64,000 nt of DNA from a virus (IMGVR_UViG_3300007516_001784:1-64000), one strand, 5' to 3'. Counted from the stretch's first letter, positions 28,344 through 38,840 are shown. Numbers and translations: made by a program. The notes: generated by a model from the sequence alone, not told the origin.

Positions 28344-28894
28344 AAAAGCAAAATCAATCACTAGATCAGTTAAGTAAAAGTCTAGATCGTAGATCTCGTC
28401 ACTTGATGGTGCAGACCTTACAGAGATTTGAAGACTCTTTTCCAGACGTAGACAACACACGTCAAGGACAGGTTTTTAAAGCGGATCTTCGCAATATGTT
28501 TAATGATGTCATGCGTGCCCAAAGGGACGAATTAAACGATTATGAAGTTGAGTATCGTCCTCTACGAATGACAGATAATGGCACTTTAGCTATGACTCAA
28601 TCTTTCATGCAGACGGTGCAGAAGGTTGAATTTGGCTCTAGAGGTTCTGTACCATTCATGAAAATCTATTCTAGTACCGAGTACTCTCGTGTCTTAGACG
28701 CAATTCGTATCGAGTTTGATGCTGGCGTTCTACATTACAACACACCCCAAGAAGTGATATTAGAAGTCGTTGGTGCTCATGATTGCGTTAGTGTATTAAA
28801 TGTCATGGACCGATACCGTCTTCATGAGAAGACGGGATTGATCTATCGTGAATGGCGGAGCAAGGTTGTTAAAGTATATCAGGAGCAAGGATGA
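28340..28894 (+). CDS. Hypothetical protein
   Basis: 184-aa ORF with ATGA overlaps on both sides. Confidence 0.7.
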   Translation: MKKQNQSLDQLSKSLDRRSRHLMVQTLQRFEDSFPDVDNTRQGQVFKADLRNMFNDVMRAQRDELNDYEVEYRPLRMTDNGTLAMTQSFMQTVQKVEFGSRGSVPFMKIYSSTEYSRVLDAIRIEFDAGVLHYNTPQEVILEVVGAHDCVSVLNVMDRYRLHEKTGLIYREWRSKVVKVYQEQG

Positions 28895-29637
28895 TCACGG
28901 AGAGAGCATTTCGAGCGGTAGACCGCTTTGGGGCACAAATGGACTTTACGGTCTCTACCCCCACACTAGCGATTGAAAATGAAGGCGATCGTCAGTATCG
29001 TATTGCCTATAGTCAATCTTTAACACAAGGCGTCTTTCCACGCAACAAGATGCGTGAAGTGATGCGTTCACATGGTATGTGGACTGATGAAGATGACCGC
29101 ATTATGCGTGAAGAGGTAGCTAACTTAGCTATTTTGCAAATGGAGCTTGAACAAGCTCAACTCAAAGGTAAGCACGAGCAATGTCTTGAAGCTGCAAAAA
29201 AGATGCGTAAGCATCGTTATCGCATGTGGGAACTTTTCATGATTCAGCAGAGCGTGTATATGAATTCTGCCGAAGGTATTGCCGAGCTTGTTAAAGCCGA
29301 AGCTATCATGGCGGCATGCACTATGATTAAAGCTACTGGTCAACGTTATTGGGCAACGTACACTGACTTTGTTCGTGAACGTGACGAGAGCACACAATCA
29401 ACTGTTTACATTAAAGCGGTAGAAGTACAGAATGGTCTATTGCTTGAAATGCGTGACACGATCGAAGAAGGTCATGCAGAGAACAGATATCTCAAGGACG
29501 CAAAACAAGCAATGTTTGATCGTGACATTGAGGAACGTGTAGAAGCAGAGCTTGCATCACGCAAGCAGAAGGCATTAGAGCAAGCCGATGACAATGGGAC
29601 TGGATTGGACAATCGAGCTGATCAACCCTCTGAATAA
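28891..29637 (+). CDS. Tail chaperone-like paralog
   Basis: GMWTDEDD...NSAEGIA matches GLWTAEDD...NSAEYYA of 27150-28343. Confidence 0.6.
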   Translation: MITERAFRAVDRFGAQMDFTVSTPTLAIENEGDRQYRIAYSQSLTQGVFPRNKMREVMRSHGMWTDEDDRIMREEVANLAILQMELEQAQLKGKHEQCLEAAKKMRKHRYRMWELFMIQQSVYMNSAEGIAELVKAEAIMAACTMIKATGQRYWATYTDFVRERDESTQSTVYIKAVEVQNGLLLEMRDTIEEGHAENRYLKDAKQAMFDRDIEERVEAELASRKQKALEQADDNGTGLDNRADQPSE

Positions 29638-30244
29638 GCTGACGATTCACGCCGATAGAGCGTGGGAACGCAGCATGAAAGAGATTGATCAGTGGATGCG
29701 AAAAGAACTTATTCCTGCCATGGTTTATGGTGGAATGGGTATCGTTGGCATTGGACAAACAGATTTCTATCGGTATATTACTAGTGCTCGCGGCCTTAGT
29801 GAACTTGGTATCGAAGCGTCGGAACCGCCTAAGCTTTTGAAGGCTTATGCTACTACGGCTTTCAAAATAGTAGTAGGCAAAAAGCAAATCATTTTACAGT
29901 TTGGTAATTATGCTAAACTGAAAGCCGCAACGCCACATCCAGCAAATGGTACTGGCAATCTTCATATCGACTCATGGTTAGAATGGGTTGAAGGCAAGGA
30001 AGTCAACAGAGGCTTTGTTCCGCGTTCCAAGCTTGATAAGAACGCGTCGAAATCAATTCGTTTGGGAGATCCGCTTGGTGGCCTAATGCTTCCTCGTGGA
30101 GCATATGGTAGCGTAGGGTTGTGGCGATTTCCAACACAACTAAGAAGCTATGAACAAAAATGGGTGACACAGAATATCGCCGTGATTCAAGAGTTGATCA
30201 CTAAAAAGATGTTATCTGTCTTCATTATGAAGTTGGTGACGTAA
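29588..30244 (+). CDS. Hypothetical tail/neck-associated protein
   Basis: 218-aa ORF ending at the tape-measure start; contains SWLEW. Confidence 0.6.
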   Translation: MTMGLDWTIELINPLNKLTIHADRAWERSMKEIDQWMRKELIPAMVYGGMGIVGIGQTDFYRYITSARGLSELGIEASEPPKLLKAYATTAFKIVVGKKQIILQFGNYAKLKAATPHPANGTGNLHIDSWLEWVEGKEVNRGFVPRSKLDKNASKSIRLGDPLGGLMLPRGAYGSVGLWRFPTQLRSYEQKWVTQNIAVIQELITKKMLSVFIMKLVT

Positions 30245-33200
30245 TGGCTAGCAGAATAGAACTCGAAGCAATCTTAAGATTTGTTGGCGTTAGGATTAAT
30301 GCCAATGTATTTAGTAACATTAGTCGTGCGGCTGCCGGTATGCCTGGGCCTGTACAGCAATTCAATCGTCACTTAAATCAGAGTGTCAATGCCGCCAATA
30401 ATGTTAATCGTTCTGTTCGTGGCATTAATTCTCAGTTGAGTGGTAGTGAAAAAGCGGCTCGTTTGTTCCTTCAGCGTATGGCTCAGTTTGCTATTCTGTT
30501 GCCGACGTTCGCCACTTTAAATAAGAGTATTCAGGGTGGTGTGAAGTTCTTATTTGAATTTGATGCAATCATCAAGGATATCATTCGTACCGATATTAAT
30601 GTGATGACTGGTAAGTTTGATGAGATTGCTAAAAGTGCTTTTGCATTGTCTAAAGAATTTGGAAGTAGTGCGATTGTCGCGGCAGAAACAATCAAGACAT
30701 ATGTGCAGGCTGGTAATAGTCTAAAAGAAGCTAATGAGTTAGCTCGTTTGTCAATTCTTGCTACAAAAGCATCTACCCTAGACGCTGCTCAAGCTGTTGA
30801 GTTTTTACTTTCTGCTAGTAAGCAGTTCGGACTTGAGGGTGAAGCTCTCGCTAATTCTCTTGACGCTCTTGTAAAAGCGGAAGACTTGACCGCTCTTGAA
30901 GCTCGTGACATTGCCGACGCTTTTAGAACTGGCGGTAACTCTCTTGCTGTATTTGGCAAGGATATTAATGACTCAATCGGTTTGATTTCTGCTTTGCGTG
31001 AACAAACACGTAAGTCAGGTAATGAAATTGGTACGTTCTTTAAGACGTTACAGACACGTATCTTTGCTGCTGGCGAATCACGTTCGGCAGTTGAAGGTCT
31101 TCGCGTCTCTGTTCAAAATCTTGATGGTAGTCTACGTCCCACGCTTGCTGTTTTGAATGATTTGCAGAGGGCATTTTTTGGCGTAGAGGGCGGTGCCAAG
31201 GGATTATCTGAGGGAGAACAAGCTAATGCGGCTAAGGCTATTGCTGGCGTACGTCAGTTTGAAGAATTGATTGGTACTCTAAAGTCTCTTGATCGTGCTA
31301 ATGAGATTGCTGCCGAATCATCTAATGCGGCAGGTACAGCACGTGAAAAGGAAGCGGTTGATGCAACCAAGCTTCAACGTCGCTTGGACGAATTGATTGT
31401 CGCTGGACAAGAATTGTCACAGTCTCTTGGTAATGCGGGTGCTACTGATTTTTTCAAGAATGCTTTAAAGAGCGTGACCGGCCTTGTGGACGGTATGACC
31501 CTGATTGTTACTCTTCTTGATAAATTCAAGGTTCCCATCTTACCGATTTTAGCTCCTCTTGCTGCCAAAGGTCTTGATACCGTTTTTGGTCTTGGGCTCA
31601 CGGGTGGTAGACCTGGAAGTCCTGGTGGACGTGGGGGCGGAGGCGGAGGCGGAGGCGGAGGCGGAGGCGGAGGCGGAGGAGGTCCGCTTGGATTAAACAC
31701 TGCTGATCTTGCTGCCAATACTGCTGCATTAAAGCAGTTAACTGGCGTGGTTTCAGAGCTTGTGCAACATATTAAAATGGCATCTGGTGCCTACAGCAAT
31801 CAAGCAGCCGCATCGCAGTTGGCTATTGCGGCAACCAATGTACAAACAAGGACCGTAGAGGTGCAAGCTCAAGTCACACGAGAAGCGACATCTGCTACGC
31901 AAGCGTTTACGCAACGCATGAGGGCAGCTCTCACCACTCCGATTGGCGGTACAGGCAGGGGAGTGGGAGCTGGTAGTGGCGTTAGGACTGCTGCCATTTT
32001 TGCTGCGTTAACGATTGCCGGTTCGGCAGTTACATCTGGTCTTAATCATCTTGCTGATAACCTTGGATCACAAAGTCCTGTTGCTTCGTCATTAACTAAA
32101 ACAACAAGTGCTGCTGTACAAATGGGAATTCAATTTGCTGTCTTCGGACCACTAGTCGCTGGAGTTGCGGCTTCGTTTGGAGCACTTTGGGACGCTGGAT
32201 CGCGTTTTGTTAATACGATGGGAGATATGAACGACGCTTCCAAGGACAACATTAAGCTAATGGTAGATAGTGCTAAGGAGGGTGCTGGCCTTGATAAGGT
32301 TGGTAGGTCTTCGGAAGCTGCTGCCGCATTCGGCACTGCATTGGAAGGTCGAGCTAAGCAAAACGTTAACTACGATCAGGTTTTCAAGTCAGCATTTGAT
32401 AGTATGGATACTGGTACAAAGAAGCTGATTGGTAGTTCGGCTGCACTTAAAGAAGTGTATTTGACGAATAGTCGTGTTATCAATACAACAGTAACAGATT
32501 CATTTACTGGTGCTTCAAAGGTCGTTTCAAGTTACGTTAAGGGTGCTGGTGCCGATCTAATTAAGCAGTGGGCTTTTCAAGAAAGCGGAGCTATTAAGAA
32601 TCAAGAAGCTCTTGATCTATTGCGTGCATCGTATGATTCAACTGGTAATAGTACATATGTTTATCGTGATCAGCAAGACCTGATTGAACAAGCTTATGGT
32701 AGACTGGCTGTCGGTGCTGCTGATGCCGCTAAGCAAGTTGAATTTTTAAGATTAACGTTTGAAGATATGAAGGATCTGCAAAGTCTTATCGCGGCTGCTC
32801 AAGACGTGAATTCTATTAATCGTGATGTTTTGAATCAATCAAAGAAGCCAGAAGACTTGGCACAGGGTATTGACGCACTATCTCAGACGGCTCAAAACGC
32901 CAAGTCAGATCTGGCCAATGCTCAAAAGGCTTTTGAAGATCTACTATCTACATTGCAATTTGCTGGTGCCGACATATCACAATTGGGTGCTTTCTCAAGC
33001 ATGGAAGAGGCCAAAAAGTTTCTCGGTGACATTGGTGCATTACTTTCAAAGCCCAATAATGGTGCTGCAATCGCAAGTTTTCTTGGCGATAAAGACATGA
33101 CGGACCCGCAGAAGAATTTTGCAAAAGAGTATATCAAGATTGAAGAAGATCGCATTAAGGCTACTTTGACAGCCAAAGAAGCTGAGGCTGCCTTTAGCGG

Positions 33201-35634
33201 CGAAGCATATAGGCGTAATCTAGAAGAGGCAAAGGCTCAAAAAGAAGCCGCCGTTAAGGCTGCCGATTCACTTGGCAAGTTCCGTTCGGCACTGGCTAAG
33301 GTAGGAGCCCAGGCCGCCGCCAGTGGTGATACTAATCTCACTGGAGCAATCTCAGGTCTCAAGAGTGAAGATGTGCGAAAGGCTTTGGCTGGCGGTACAG
33401 ATCTTCCTAAGGTCTTGCAAGAAGTGATTGCGTCTACTTTCGTGAATGGAGTAAAGAGAGCCGAAACAGATCTTTCACAGGTTGCCGATGAATTGGCGGC
33501 TTCAATTGCCCCCATTACAAATAGAATGCAAGAGCTTCGCGACGAAATAGCCGCTCTTGGAAACGTTGCTACGAACACAGAGAAGGCGTCTAAGAAGGCT
33601 GAACTACAGCAAGAGCTTGCCGCTAAGGCACTTGAAAAGCAAAATGTAGAGCAGGATGCCTTCGTAAAGAGTCTTGAAGGTTTGCAGAAGCTGACGACTG
33701 AAGAAAAGAAGGCACAAGAAGAAGCTGCAAAAGCAGAGGCTGAACGTATCAAGAAGACTCAAGCTCTCACTGATGCCACAAGAGGATTCGCCAACTCTAT
33801 TGATGATGTTAACAGAAGCTTTGAAGAATTCTCGAAGCAACGCATCGACAATCTTGCAGAGAAGCAGGCCGGTGCCTATGATGAAGTGAAGTCCGCTCAA
33901 CAGGGCGTCATCAGTGCTACGGCAGACTTGTCGAATGCATATGTCGAGTATATTTCAGCCATCATCCAAGTTAACGGCGTTATTGCCGAAGCTAAAATTA
34001 AGTCCAATCTACTTGGTCGCGACATTGGTATGCTGAACGGCAGCATTGTTTCTTTTCAAGATAAGCTTGGTTCTCTCGATAACGCATTCACAAGCGTTCT
34101 CGACGATGCCAACATGCAACTAGAACAACGAATTGGTCTAGAGAGACAACTTGCAGAACAGACTCTATCGTTCTTGCAGCAAGCTCAAGATCAAATCACG
34201 AGTGCTGGTATCAACATCTTTGGACAATCAGCTCAAGAGAATCAGGGGCTCCAAAAGGGCATTGCGGGCTTGACCTATGTAGCTGAGAAGCTCGGCGGAT
34301 CATTCCAGAACTTCCTGGGAATGGACTCACAGGAGATTGCCGGTCTATCGCAAGAGCTACTCAACTTACCAGTTGATTTCCGCAAACAACTCCTTGACGC
34401 CCTATCATTCCTTCCAAGCTCTACCTCGATTGGTGGCTTTAGTGCCGATCAATTGAAGCAAGCTATTGGACAAGTTGGTGCGGGCGTAGCTCCAGAAGAA
34501 GGTTTACCAGCCATCTCTGAACTCACCGCTCAGCAAGTGGAGCAACTTAAGATCCTAGGACAGCTTACTATGGAAGAGGCTAAGCTGCAACTTAGTCAGG
34601 TCTTAACTGCACAGAAGCAGCTTGAAAAAGCTCAAGAGCAATTGGATATTTCCAAGCTTCAAGAAGAGCGTGCTCGTGAAGGATTTGAAATTGTACGTCT
34701 AGCGGTACTTGATGAAATGGCGGTTATAGACCAAGCCAATATAGAGCGTCGTGAACTATTGCAGAAGGTGATTGAAGCTGATAATGCTAATTCATTACAC
34801 GAGATTGATACACAAGCTCAGTTGTTTGCTGATCAAAACAGAGTTTTTGGTGAAGTTGGAGACGCTGTTGTTGCTGGTATAGCACAAGCTGTTAATGCTA
34901 AAATTGCTATGATTGAATCTAGAACATCGTTTGATAACTTGAATCAAGCAGAGAACTTTGGTAATCAGGCTAATGGATTTATCCCGAATTTCGCTAATGG
35001 AAACTTGTCTCCTGGCGAAGCTGCCGGTATTTTGCGTGCAGCGGCTCGTGAAAAGAAGATGATGCCGAATGGTGCTAACTTGGCTATTGCCAATGACCAC
35101 GAAGCTATTATTCCGATGTACAAAAACTTTGCTGGTGGTAACGATCAAGGTAGTTCAATTGCTGCTAGCATCAATAGTATTCGTACAATTGATCAAACTA
35201 TGGTTGCTGCGATTGCTCGTTCTGTTCAAAGTACACTTTCGCAAATTACAACAAACAGTGGTAGTGAGCAATCTCTTGACAAGATTGCCGGATTGTTAGT
35301 AGATCTCAATACAAGCATTGGACAAGTGCGTGATTCAAGTATTGCTATTAAGACGAACACGGCTGGTCTTGCTGCTACTACTGGTAGCAGAACGACCGGT
35401 GCTCCGTCTACTGCTGGTGGACAAGAAATCAACATCAATCTACAGACAAATCAACAAAGCACTGTGCAAATTACTGGACTTGAGAACTTGCGTGATCAAT
35501 TGAGAGCGGCATTGTCTGAGACAACAGATAGACAAGTTGCCAAGCAGATTGAAGCATTGATGGTACAACTTGACCCTGTGTTCCAAGCATTGAATGAACG
35601 CGGTATTGTCAACTCGTTCGGGCAGTCGAGATAA
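30244..35634 (+). CDS. Tape measure protein
   Basis: 1796 aa, Ala-rich helical; TP901-like core (LSKEFG...TRKSGNEIGTFFKT...LAVLNDL...AIAGVRQ); long coiled coils; GFIPNFA motif near the C-terminus. Confidence 0.9.
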   Translation: MASRIELEAILRFVGVRINANVFSNISRAAAGMPGPVQQFNRHLNQSVNAANNVNRSVRGINSQLSGSEKAARLFLQRMAQFAILLPTFATLNKSIQGGVKFLFEFDAIIKDIIRTDINVMTGKFDEIAKSAFALSKEFGSSAIVAAETIKTYVQAGNSLKEANELARLSILATKASTLDAAQAVEFLLSASKQFGLEGEALANSLDALVKAEDLTALEARDIADAFRTGGNSLAVFGKDINDSIGLISALREQTRKSGNEIGTFFKTLQTRIFAAGESRSAVEGLRVSVQNLDGSLRPTLAVLNDLQRAFFGVEGGAKGLSEGEQANAAKAIAGVRQFEELIGTLKSLDRANEIAAESSNAAGTAREKEAVDATKLQRRLDELIVAGQELSQSLGNAGATDFFKNALKSVTGLVDGMTLIVTLLDKFKVPILPILAPLAAKGLDTVFGLGLTGGRPGSPGGRGGGGGGGGGGGGGGGGGPLGLNTADLAANTAALKQLTGVVSELVQHIKMASGAYSNQAAASQLAIAATNVQTRTVEVQAQVTREATSATQAFTQRMRAALTTPIGGTGRGVGAGSGVRTAAIFAALTIAGSAVTSGLNHLADNLGSQSPVASSLTKTTSAAVQMGIQFAVFGPLVAGVAASFGALWDAGSRFVNTMGDMNDASKDNIKLMVDSAKEGAGLDKVGRSSEAAAAFGTALEGRAKQNVNYDQVFKSAFDSMDTGTKKLIGSSAALKEVYLTNSRVINTTVTDSFTGASKVVSSYVKGAGADLIKQWAFQESGAIKNQEALDLLRASYDSTGNSTYVYRDQQDLIEQAYGRLAVGAADAAKQVEFLRLTFEDMKDLQSLIAAAQDVNSINRDVLNQSKKPEDLAQGIDALSQTAQNAKSDLANAQKAFEDLLSTLQFAGADISQLGAFSSMEEAKKFLGDIGALLSKPNNGAAIASFLGDKDMTDPQKNFAKEYIKIEEDRIKATLTAKEAEAAFSGEAYRRNLEEAKAQKEAAVKAADSLGKFRSALAKVGAQAAASGDTNLTGAISGLKSEDVRKALAGGTDLPKVLQEVIASTFVNGVKRAETDLSQVADELAASIAPITNRMQELRDEIAALGNVATNTEKASKKAELQQELAAKALEKQNVEQDAFVKSLEGLQKLTTEEKKAQEEAAKAEAERIKKTQALTDATRGFANSIDDVNRSFEEFSKQRIDNLAEKQAGAYDEVKSAQQGVISATADLSNAYVEYISAIIQVNGVIAEAKIKSNLLGRDIGMLNGSIVSFQDKLGSLDNAFTSVLDDANMQLEQRIGLERQLAEQTLSFLQQAQDQITSAGINIFGQSAQENQGLQKGIAGLTYVAEKLGGSFQNFLGMDSQEIAGLSQELLNLPVDFRKQLLDALSFLPSSTSIGGFSADQLKQAIGQVGAGVAPEEGLPAISELTAQQVEQLKILGQLTMEEAKLQLSQVLTAQKQLEKAQEQLDISKLQEERAREGFEIVRLAVLDEMAVIDQANIERRELLQKVIEADNANSLHEIDTQAQLFADQNRVFGEVGDAVVAGIAQAVNAKIAMIESRTSFDNLNQAENFGNQANGFIPNFANGNLSPGEAAGILRAAAREKKMMPNGANLAIANDHEAIIPMYKNFAGGNDQGSSIAASINSIRTIDQTMVAAIARSVQSTLSQITTNSGSEQSLDKIAGLLVDLNTSIGQVRDSSIAIKTNTAGLAATTGSRTTGAPSTAGGQEININLQTNQQSTVQITGLENLRDQLRAALSETTDRQVAKQIEALMVQLDPVFQALNERGIVNSFGQSR
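31636..31677 (+). repeat. (GGCGGA)7 microsatellite encoding poly-Gly in the tape measure
   Basis: Seven perfect hexamer copies within a run of about 17 Gly. Confidence 0.95.
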
Positions 35635-35636
35635 TC

Positions 35637-37154
35637 ATGGCCGACCTAATCTCTATCGTTACTCAACCACCGCAGTCAGCGGTTGAAGTCTTCTACAATG
35701 GACAGAAGATTGTACCCGCTCCGTTTATTGATTGGACGGTCGAATCACAGTTCCGAAATGATGGAACTCGTGTATCCAATGTTAATAGATTGACGTTGAC
35801 GGGCACCACGCTTATTGTACCTTCGGGTAGTTATGAGCAGATGTATCTTAAGCAGCAAGCATTACGCGATGTTTTCTCTGAGGATTATCAAGACTTTGTA
35901 ATTCTTGCTGGCCCCGGCAATAAGACCTTGCCACTTGGAGCAATCATTGCTTCTGGTTTACGTCCTCGTATTAACAGTATCAATATCGCACCTGATACTC
36001 AAGTACAAAGATTTGACTGGACGATCGAGATGCAGGATCTCGTTGCCGCTTCCGGTGTAAGTGGCATCACCTCTAGTCTTAGCAATCAGTGGTCTTTTCG
36101 TGAAGATCAAGATACATGCACTCTTCGTGTAACTCACCAAGTAAATGCTGAGGGACCTGAAAACGAACCAGATAAGTTTGCACAAGCTATGGCTGCCGTT
36201 AAGCCATTACTTGGTATTGACAAACTTCCTCTAGATATTCCATACTTTGCTCAACCAAACTTCTCTGGTTTGTTTGGTATGACACATCCATCACTTCTTG
36301 GTGGTGGACCCGTTTTCGAGGTTTCTGTTCAGCGTGAAGAAGTGGCGGACATTGCCAATGGTAGCTATTCTGTTACCGAACAGTTCACAATTGTAAGTGG
36401 TGTACCATTTTACTTCACTTCTAAGACAGAATCTTTTCAAGAAGATGCTAATGGAATTGCCGAAGTAACGATCGCTGGTTCCGTACAGGGACTTGGACGC
36501 ACTCTCACTCCTTTGGACGCAGAGGGTGGCGTAGGTTACTTTAGAGCAGCATCTGGATTTGCTAATTATGTTCGTCCTCAACTTCCATGGACTGCCTCTG
36601 GCGTTTACATACGTTTCAAGAGCGGTAGTGGTGGTGCTGGCGGTAGCGGACTTGCTCTCAATAACCCGACGGCGTTTTCGATCTCGCAGAATAAGTGTCG
36701 TGGGTCGATTGACTTCTCGATTACATACACTGATAATCCAAACGCTAATTTGCCAAGTGGTATTGCTAGTAAGACATCAAATGTAAATATTGTTGAAGGT
36801 ACAAGAGTACAAGTTAGTCATCCTGTTCCGTTTCGTCGTCTTGGTAGTATTATCCAAGACATCAAGACGACTACAGATGGTAGCATTAACATTCAGTGTC
36901 AGGCTGTTGCTAAAAATACTGGTAACAACACAATAGATACTAATTTGGCAATTGCATTTGTGCAAAATGAAATCAATAGACTCAAAGACATTTATGCCAA
37001 CACTGCGAATTTTGTTACGTTACGAATTACGGGCCTAAATCAACAGACGAGCGATATTGAGCGTAGCTGCAATGTTACTCTTGAATACGCCTTTACGATT
37101 GATCTTGCGACAGTGCAAGCGGTTGGATCTACAATCACGCTAAGGACTTTGTAA
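35637..37154 (+). CDS. Tail tip/distal tail protein (putative)
   Basis: Directly after the tape measure; beta-rich, 505 aa. Confidence 0.6.
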   Translation: MADLISIVTQPPQSAVEVFYNGQKIVPAPFIDWTVESQFRNDGTRVSNVNRLTLTGTTLIVPSGSYEQMYLKQQALRDVFSEDYQDFVILAGPGNKTLPLGAIIASGLRPRINSINIAPDTQVQRFDWTIEMQDLVAASGVSGITSSLSNQWSFREDQDTCTLRVTHQVNAEGPENEPDKFAQAMAAVKPLLGIDKLPLDIPYFAQPNFSGLFGMTHPSLLGGGPVFEVSVQREEVADIANGSYSVTEQFTIVSGVPFYFTSKTESFQEDANGIAEVTIAGSVQGLGRTLTPLDAEGGVGYFRAASGFANYVRPQLPWTASGVYIRFKSGSGGAGGSGLALNNPTAFSISQNKCRGSIDFSITYTDNPNANLPSGIASKTSNVNIVEGTRVQVSHPVPFRRLGSIIQDIKTTTDGSINIQCQAVAKNTGNNTIDTNLAIAFVQNEINRLKDIYANTANFVTLRITGLNQQTSDIERSCNVTLEYAFTIDLATVQAVGSTITLRTL

Positions 37155-37155
37155 C

Positions 37156-37716
37156 ATGGTTAATTTCCCCACCCTGGAATGGATTCAGCAAAGTCTCGTC
37201 ATTGATCCTTCTGGCTTCCGTCAATTGAAGCAGCCAGTCAATGGTTTTATTCGTAATGTTGATACGGGTGCGGGTGGGGTTCTAGATTTTGGTAGCATCA
37301 ATACTACCGGCTCTGGTGCTATCAGCGATACTAAGCTAGTGTACGCACGTATTTCAAGCATGGGTGATGCCAGTGGCGTATACAACATGCGTTTCTTTGT
37401 CACCAACGCTTCGTCTTTTACTGCTGGAGCGTACAGATTACTAGAACTCAAGAGCTTGCACTTCATTCCAAATATCATGTTGGACTCTGGTGCAAACAAT
37501 ACACCGACAAACGTTCCAACGAATGCGAACTTCTTTGGTACGATTCAGACTCCTCATTGGCAGTCTGGTCAACCTTGGATGTCTGGCTTATTAGACGTGG
37601 ACGTTAGTCAATATGCTTATCTCGCCGTTGAAGCCGGTGTAAGCGTACCAATTGGAACCAAGGGCGGTGCTGGTGCGGGCACATTTCGTTATCGCCTAAT
37701 GTTCGATTTCTCATGA
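37156..37716 (+). CDS. Putative tail protein
   Basis: Beta-rich; C-terminus SQYAYL...PIGT.G..G...FRYRLMFDF resembles 37887-38528. Confidence 0.6.
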   Translation: MVNFPTLEWIQQSLVIDPSGFRQLKQPVNGFIRNVDTGAGGVLDFGSINTTGSGAISDTKLVYARISSMGDASGVYNMRFFVTNASSFTAGAYRLLELKSLHFIPNIMLDSGANNTPTNVPTNANFFGTIQTPHWQSGQPWMSGLLDVDVSQYAYLAVEAGVSVPIGTKGGAGAGTFRYRLMFDFS

Positions 37717-37725
37717 AAAGATGTT

Positions 37726-37908
37726 ATGAATTTGTCTGATGACATCGTACTGAAAAAGGCTGGCGAACCAGAGGAGAACAAACTCCCCGTGGGAATCTAT
37801 GTCATCACGTTTGACAATAGATTAGTATTTGTACGTCGTTTTGCTGGACGTTTTGTACCCGTATCAGCACAGGAACAAGAAGAGCTATGTCAACAATTTC
37901 GCCTCTAA
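37726..37908 (+). CDS. Small hypothetical protein
   Basis: 60-aa ORF filling the gap between two genes. Confidence 0.45.
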   Translation: MNLSDDIVLKKAGEPEENKLPVGIYVITFDNRLVFVRRFAGRFVPVSAQEQEELCQQFRL

Positions 37909-38528
37909 TTCGCGTCTTCTCTTGGGACGTAGCAGAGATTGCGAGCCCAGTAGGTCATCGCACAGTTCCTGGTGGTTCATTCGCTTTCAAGCACATGGTC
38001 TCGTCTGGCTGTATGACGGCAGATCCATTGAATCCTGCAACGACATCTGGAGTGCTACTTTTCGAGGGCACAAAGTTTGACCTTACGAATTTGCCGCTTC
38101 CACCGCATTTGGCTTCTAAGCCAGCTTGCTTAACGTTTAATCTTGCGAATAGTGGCGTTGCTGTATCCGACCTGAGTTTGTTCTTGATTGACGACTCTGC
38201 TTTAAGGGCTGGCGTTTGGAGCGGTGCTGGATCGGGCATTGTTCAGATAATGCAAGGTGGATCAAGCTGGCTATACAATTTGTCTATGCCGTCAGGCTCA
38301 AGTCCAGTCTTGACCACAAGCATTCCAAGCATTCCAAATGTACGTCGTCAAGACGGTACAGCGGCACTCGCTGCACAGGACGATCTCAATTCGTCTGAGT
38401 TTGTATACCTAAACCTCATATTGCCGATTGGCTTTCCACTTGGTAGCTTTGGAGTATGTGGATCTGGCTTATTGAGATTCGGGTTAGTGTTTAATTATTG
38501 GGCCAATGACTATCTTCTATCTTTTTAG
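37887..38528 (+). CDS. Putative tail protein, paralog of 37156-37716
   Basis: SEFVYL...PLGSFG..G...LRFGLVFNY C-terminus. Confidence 0.6.
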   Translation: MSTISPLIRVFSWDVAEIASPVGHRTVPGGSFAFKHMVSSGCMTADPLNPATTSGVLLFEGTKFDLTNLPLPPHLASKPACLTFNLANSGVAVSDLSLFLIDDSALRAGVWSGAGSGIVQIMQGGSSWLYNLSMPSGSSPVLTTSIPSIPNVRRQDGTAALAAQDDLNSSEFVYLNLILPIGFPLGSFGVCGSGLLRFGLVFNYWANDYLLSF

Positions 38529-38532
38529 TGTA
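38525..38532 (+). promoter_or_regulatory. TTAGTGTA putative late promoter motif
   Basis: Overlaps the stop of the previous gene; upstream of an AGGAGG-led small ORF. Confidence 0.55.
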
Positions 38533-38593
38533 TTCCATAGTGGGTCAAGAGCCCACTAGTCAAACGTTTGATTTCTTCGAAGGAGGCCATAAC

Positions 38594-38779
38594 ATGGCAA
38601 CTGTTAATTTTACAAGTAGCACGAACAACGCCAACGCTGTGTTGTGGAGCTTAGGAACGAAGCTGGAAAAGCATTCTGATCGTGATGGCGTTACGGTATC
38701 CCGTGGCGGTCTGATCAGTGCTATCAACAACCTCGGTGTCGGCGTTACTGCGGCTAATCCTTTCACTATCCTTGGATGA
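38594..38779 (+). CDS. Small 61-aa protein in its own transcription unit
   Basis: AAGGAGG SD before ATG 38594; motif upstream and terminator downstream. Confidence 0.7.
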   Translation: MATVNFTSSTNNANAVLWSLGTKLEKHSDRDGVTVSRGGLISAINNLGVGVTAANPFTILG

Positions 38780-38800
38780 GTGAAAATCGCTGACTGCTAA

Positions 38801-38834
38801 GGCAGAGCCCGCTTATGCGGGCTTTGTCGTTTTT
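38801..38834 (+). terminator. Intrinsic terminator
   Basis: GGCAGAGCCCGC-ttat-GCGGGCTTTGTC followed by GTTTTT. Confidence 0.75.
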
Positions 38835-38840
38835 AGTGTA
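38833..38840 (+). promoter_or_regulatory. TTAGTGTA putative late promoter motif
   Basis: Directly after the terminator, restarting the tail-fibre block. Confidence 0.6.

Noticed and set aside
31374-31718. Poly-proline ORF on the minus strand
   Set aside because: It is the antisense shadow of the poly-Gly microsatellite in the tape measure.
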